A stretch of 64,000 nt of DNA, from assembly GCA_905182895.1 (NCBI GenBank), contig CAJJDD010000002.1, positions 46,620 to 110,619 on the forward strand, given 5' to 3'. Positions 61,701 through 64,000 of the stretch are shown piece by piece. A model generated the notes under the pieces. That model was not told the origin of the DNA. It saw only the letters and a list, made by a program, of their open reading frames with translations, and did no database searches. Source of the DNA: Flavobacteriales bacterium UBA4466. GTDB lineage: Bacteria > Bacteroidota > Bacteroidia > Flavobacteriales_D > Sanyastnellaceae. Position 1 is the stretch's first letter, and every line of letters starts with the position of its first letter. The translations under genes were made by a program, and so were the position numbers.

Positions 61701-61794
61701 CTGCTGCTGGTGTGGTTTTCTTATTCGCAGTGCACGAAGCCAGAGCTAAGAGCGCTAGTATAGTTAGTAATGAAAGTGAGGTGAGAAATTTCAT
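58782..61794 (-). pseudogene. GH92 family alpha-mannosidase with C-terminal carbohydrate-binding-type extension, two frame breaks
   Basis: Signal/lipoprotein (LLALASC). GH92 N-domain GTGGHGHTYPGATMPFGMVQLSPDT. Catalytic part with HGNEPSHHMAYLYNYSGQPWKTQ. The join at 60958-60991 reads ADLNVKEKLSPVDIESLLQNL if one A is added to TTAATG. The third piece, 58782..59576, is a beta-sandwich-like tail. Confidence 0.85.
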
Positions 61795-61883
61795 AATCTG
61801 ATTAATGATTTATAGTGAGTAAAGGTAAAAGGAAAATTGATTTTAAATAGGGGGATGTTCGGCTGTGGATAATTTTTAAATCC

Positions 61884-61891
61884 TAGTTTTG
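61884..61891 (+). promoter_or_regulatory. Candidate -7 box (TAgtTTTG)
   Basis: TAGTTTTG lies 20 nt upstream of ATG 61911. Confidence 0.3.
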
Positions 61892-61910
61892 GACCTCAAA
61901 AGAAAATCCA

Positions 61911-62240
61911 ATGTCAGTATCTACTTCTACTATTATTTCTGCAGTCATACAGGCTTGTATGACTAATGATTTAACGGTTATTAAGCCGTTGATTTTTTCG
62001 GAGTCGGTAGAAATAAGTGGCCAGAATAAAGAGAAGTTTTTTCAGTTTTTCGAAAAGACAGTAAACGGAGCACATAGAAAAGCGAAGGGAGATTGGAATA
62101 TGAGTATAGAACCAGCAGAATGGTTAAAAGAGAAAAACGCAGTGGTCTATGATTTTTACGAGGGGAAAGGAAATCAACCGGTTATTTCGGTAGTTGTTGA
62201 AGAAAAAAGCGAGGTACTCTGGATGGAAGTTTTAAAGTAA
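61911..62240 (+). CDS. Hypothetical protein
   Basis: 109-aa ORF with a plausible promoter. No family recognised. Confidence 0.45.
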   Translation: MSVSTSTIISAVIQACMTNDLTVIKPLIFSESVEISGQNKEKFFQFFEKTVNGAHRKAKGDWNMSIEPAEWLKEKNAVVYDFYEGKGNQPVISVVVEEKSEVLWMEVLK

Positions 62241-62410
62241 TCTGTCGCTTATTTGTCTTTCATCTAGAGCTAATGCGCTGGTCGTTTCACGAAAATCTTT
62301 TCCTCATTAGCGTTTTGATATTTTATCTCATTACCTATGTATGTAGTTAAAAATGAACGATAATTATACTTGGATTTTAAACGGGTTACTAACCAAGATA
62401 ACTTTTAATT

Positions 62411-63822
62411 ATGAGGTCAATTTTACTACTTGTACTGTTTCTAGGAATGGCGAATTTCTCTTCAGCACAAGAATCTGCAGATGCTTTAAGCGCTTTCGTG
62501 AATAGTGAAGAACTGAAAAATGCCAGTGTAGGGTTTTCTCTACTAGATCCATCTGGAAAAGAAATCCAGTCCTATAATTCCGAAAAAAGTTTGGCGCCAG
62601 CTTCTACGGTAAAGCTTTTAACGAGCATCACAGCTTTAGAGGTTTTGGGGTATGACCATAAGTTCGTAACCACCTTAACTATACAAGGGACGGTTATGGA
62701 AGGAAAGCTAATAGGGAATGTTATTGTGAAAAGTGGAGGAGATCCTACGTTAGGAGCATCCGATTTTAAAAATCATTATGGAGACTTTGTGGGTGAATGG
62801 GTAGAAGCTATAAAAGCAGAAGGCATTACAGAAATAGACGGTAGGATTTTAATTGATGATGGCGCTTTAGAAGGAGACAGAAATGCGGGATCTACTGCAC
62901 TGAATGATGTAGGAAATTATTATGGTGCGGGAGCGCCAGGGTTTTCGTTTATGGATAATGAGTTTACCGTATTCTTCAATACTGCCGGAGTAGGAGCGGC
63001 TAGTGTAGGTAGTAAAGACAGAGCCAGCACTTCCTGATTCCGTAGAGTTAGTTAATGAGGTAAAAGTAGGAAGTAAAAGTGGAGACAATGTGATTATCTA
63101 TTCACTTGATGGAGGAAATCAAGTTTTCTTTAAGGGGGAGCTGCCGGCCAATAAAAAGGGTTTTCAAGTTAGAGGATCTATTCCCGATGTGACAGGTTTT
63201 GCTCAGGCTTATCTTCAAAGGGCTATAGAAAATTCTGGAATATCTATCACGGCAGTAGAAAAGAAGGGCCCGTTGTTTATGCATTCCAAAGAACTAGTGC
63301 GAACTAAATCTCCTGCGCTCATAGAGATACTTAAAGTACTCAATAAGAAAAGCGTAAACAGCTATGCAGATGTCCTGCTAAAACACATAGGGAAAGCCAG
63401 TGGAAGAGCAGCTACATTTGAAGGGGGCTCAGAAGCGGTGAAGGCTTATTGGAAGGAGAAAGGGTTGGATACCAGTGGGATTTATATAGAAGACGGAAGC
63501 GGTCTTTCTAGAAAAAACAATATCACGGCTAAATTTATGACCGGTTTATTGCAAAGTCAGGTAGAGGATGAGCAGGTAAATAAGATGATGAATGAAGCTT
63601 CTTTGTCCTTCTTCTGTGAAGTCCATGTGGGGCGAGGCTTTCAGAGGTCAGATTCAGGCTAAGAGCGGATATATAGGGAGAGTAATGGCATACGCTGGTT
63701 ATATCATTAGGGATGGAGAAAAATATCCTTTCTACCTTACCGTAAATAATTTTTCGGGTAGTGATTCTAAAATGAGAAAGTTAATGGGAGCGGCGTTAAG
63801 AGGAGTGAGACTTGAACTTTAG
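62411..63822 (+). pseudogene. dacB: D-alanyl-D-alanine carboxypeptidase/endopeptidase (PBP4, peptidase S13), two frame breaks
   Basis: Signal peptide, SxxK (PASTVKLLTS), SGLSRKNNITA and KSGYIGRVMAYAGYI (KTG-like). The three ORF pieces 62411..63037, 63090..63662 and 63592..63822 are in three different frames. Confidence 0.85.
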
Positions 63823-63823
63823 A

Positions 63824-64000
63824 TTAATTCATTGATATATTTAATTCAGAAACGGCTACATCTCCTGTTCTGATTCTCTGTACGATTTCTTCTATCATCC
63901 AGTCGTCTCCAGTAGGGTCATACTGGTGCTTTAAACTTGAGCTAAATATTCTGGCTACACTCTGCCATAAAAATGCGCTACCACCGCCTCTAATCTCTTT
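63824..64000 (-). CDS. 3' end of an unidentified gene whose start lies beyond the window
   Basis: The minus frame is open from base 64000: KEIRGGGSAFLWQSVARIFSSSLKHQYDPTGDDWMIEEIVQRIRTGDVAVSELNISMN-stop (TAA complement 63824-63826). Family not recognised. Confidence 0.4.
   Translation of the reverse strand, partial: KEIRGGGSAFLWQSVARIFSSSLKHQYDPTGDDWMIEEIVQRIRTGDVAVSELNISMN

Overview
AT-rich chromosomal window that looks like a Bacteroidota (Flavobacteriia-like) genome. This is inferred from at least five proteins ending in T9SS C-terminal sorting domains (xxYPNPxxG...), TAnnTTTG-type -7 promoter boxes, and the gene content. About 60 genes are present. Housekeeping genes include rarA, fabD, recR, truA, ubiE/menG, ftsE, tRNA-Asp, thiolase plus 3-hydroxybutyryl-CoA dehydrogenase, TrkH, PBP4, a TonB-dependent receptor, a DEAD-box helicase and a GH92 mannosidase. 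I recognised no rRNA, CRISPR array, transposase or integrase.

Three things stand out.

(1) 53.8-58.6 kb on the minus strand is a ~4.8 kb Cys-rich modular secreted-protein locus built from nested repeats: 21-nt, 75-bp and 105-bp units plus an exact 864-bp tandem duplication. Its three ORF blocks share one reading frame. They are separated only by two identical 8-codon linkers that each carry TGA, TAA and TAG in frame, inside what is otherwise a conserved domain.

(2) At least 16 genes, many of them core housekeeping genes, can only be read by switching frame or reading through a stop. Several breaks I inspected sit at short homopolymers. This suggests consensus or assembly error more than true decay, so every 'pseudogene' label below is provisional.

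(3) The first 13 kb is rich in T9SS cargo. It holds two CotH-kinase-family proteins, an MbnP-like protein with two di-haem MbnH/CCP-like peroxidases and an AraC regulator, and a BNR-repeat protein.

Other oddities: an E2 acyltransferase that loses its lipoyl domain at a sharp breakpoint next to a glutaredoxin-like fragment; a 1.4 kb segment bracketed by a 32-nt direct repeat of the AraC gene's 3' end; and a small accessory islet between the hbd and thiolase genes.
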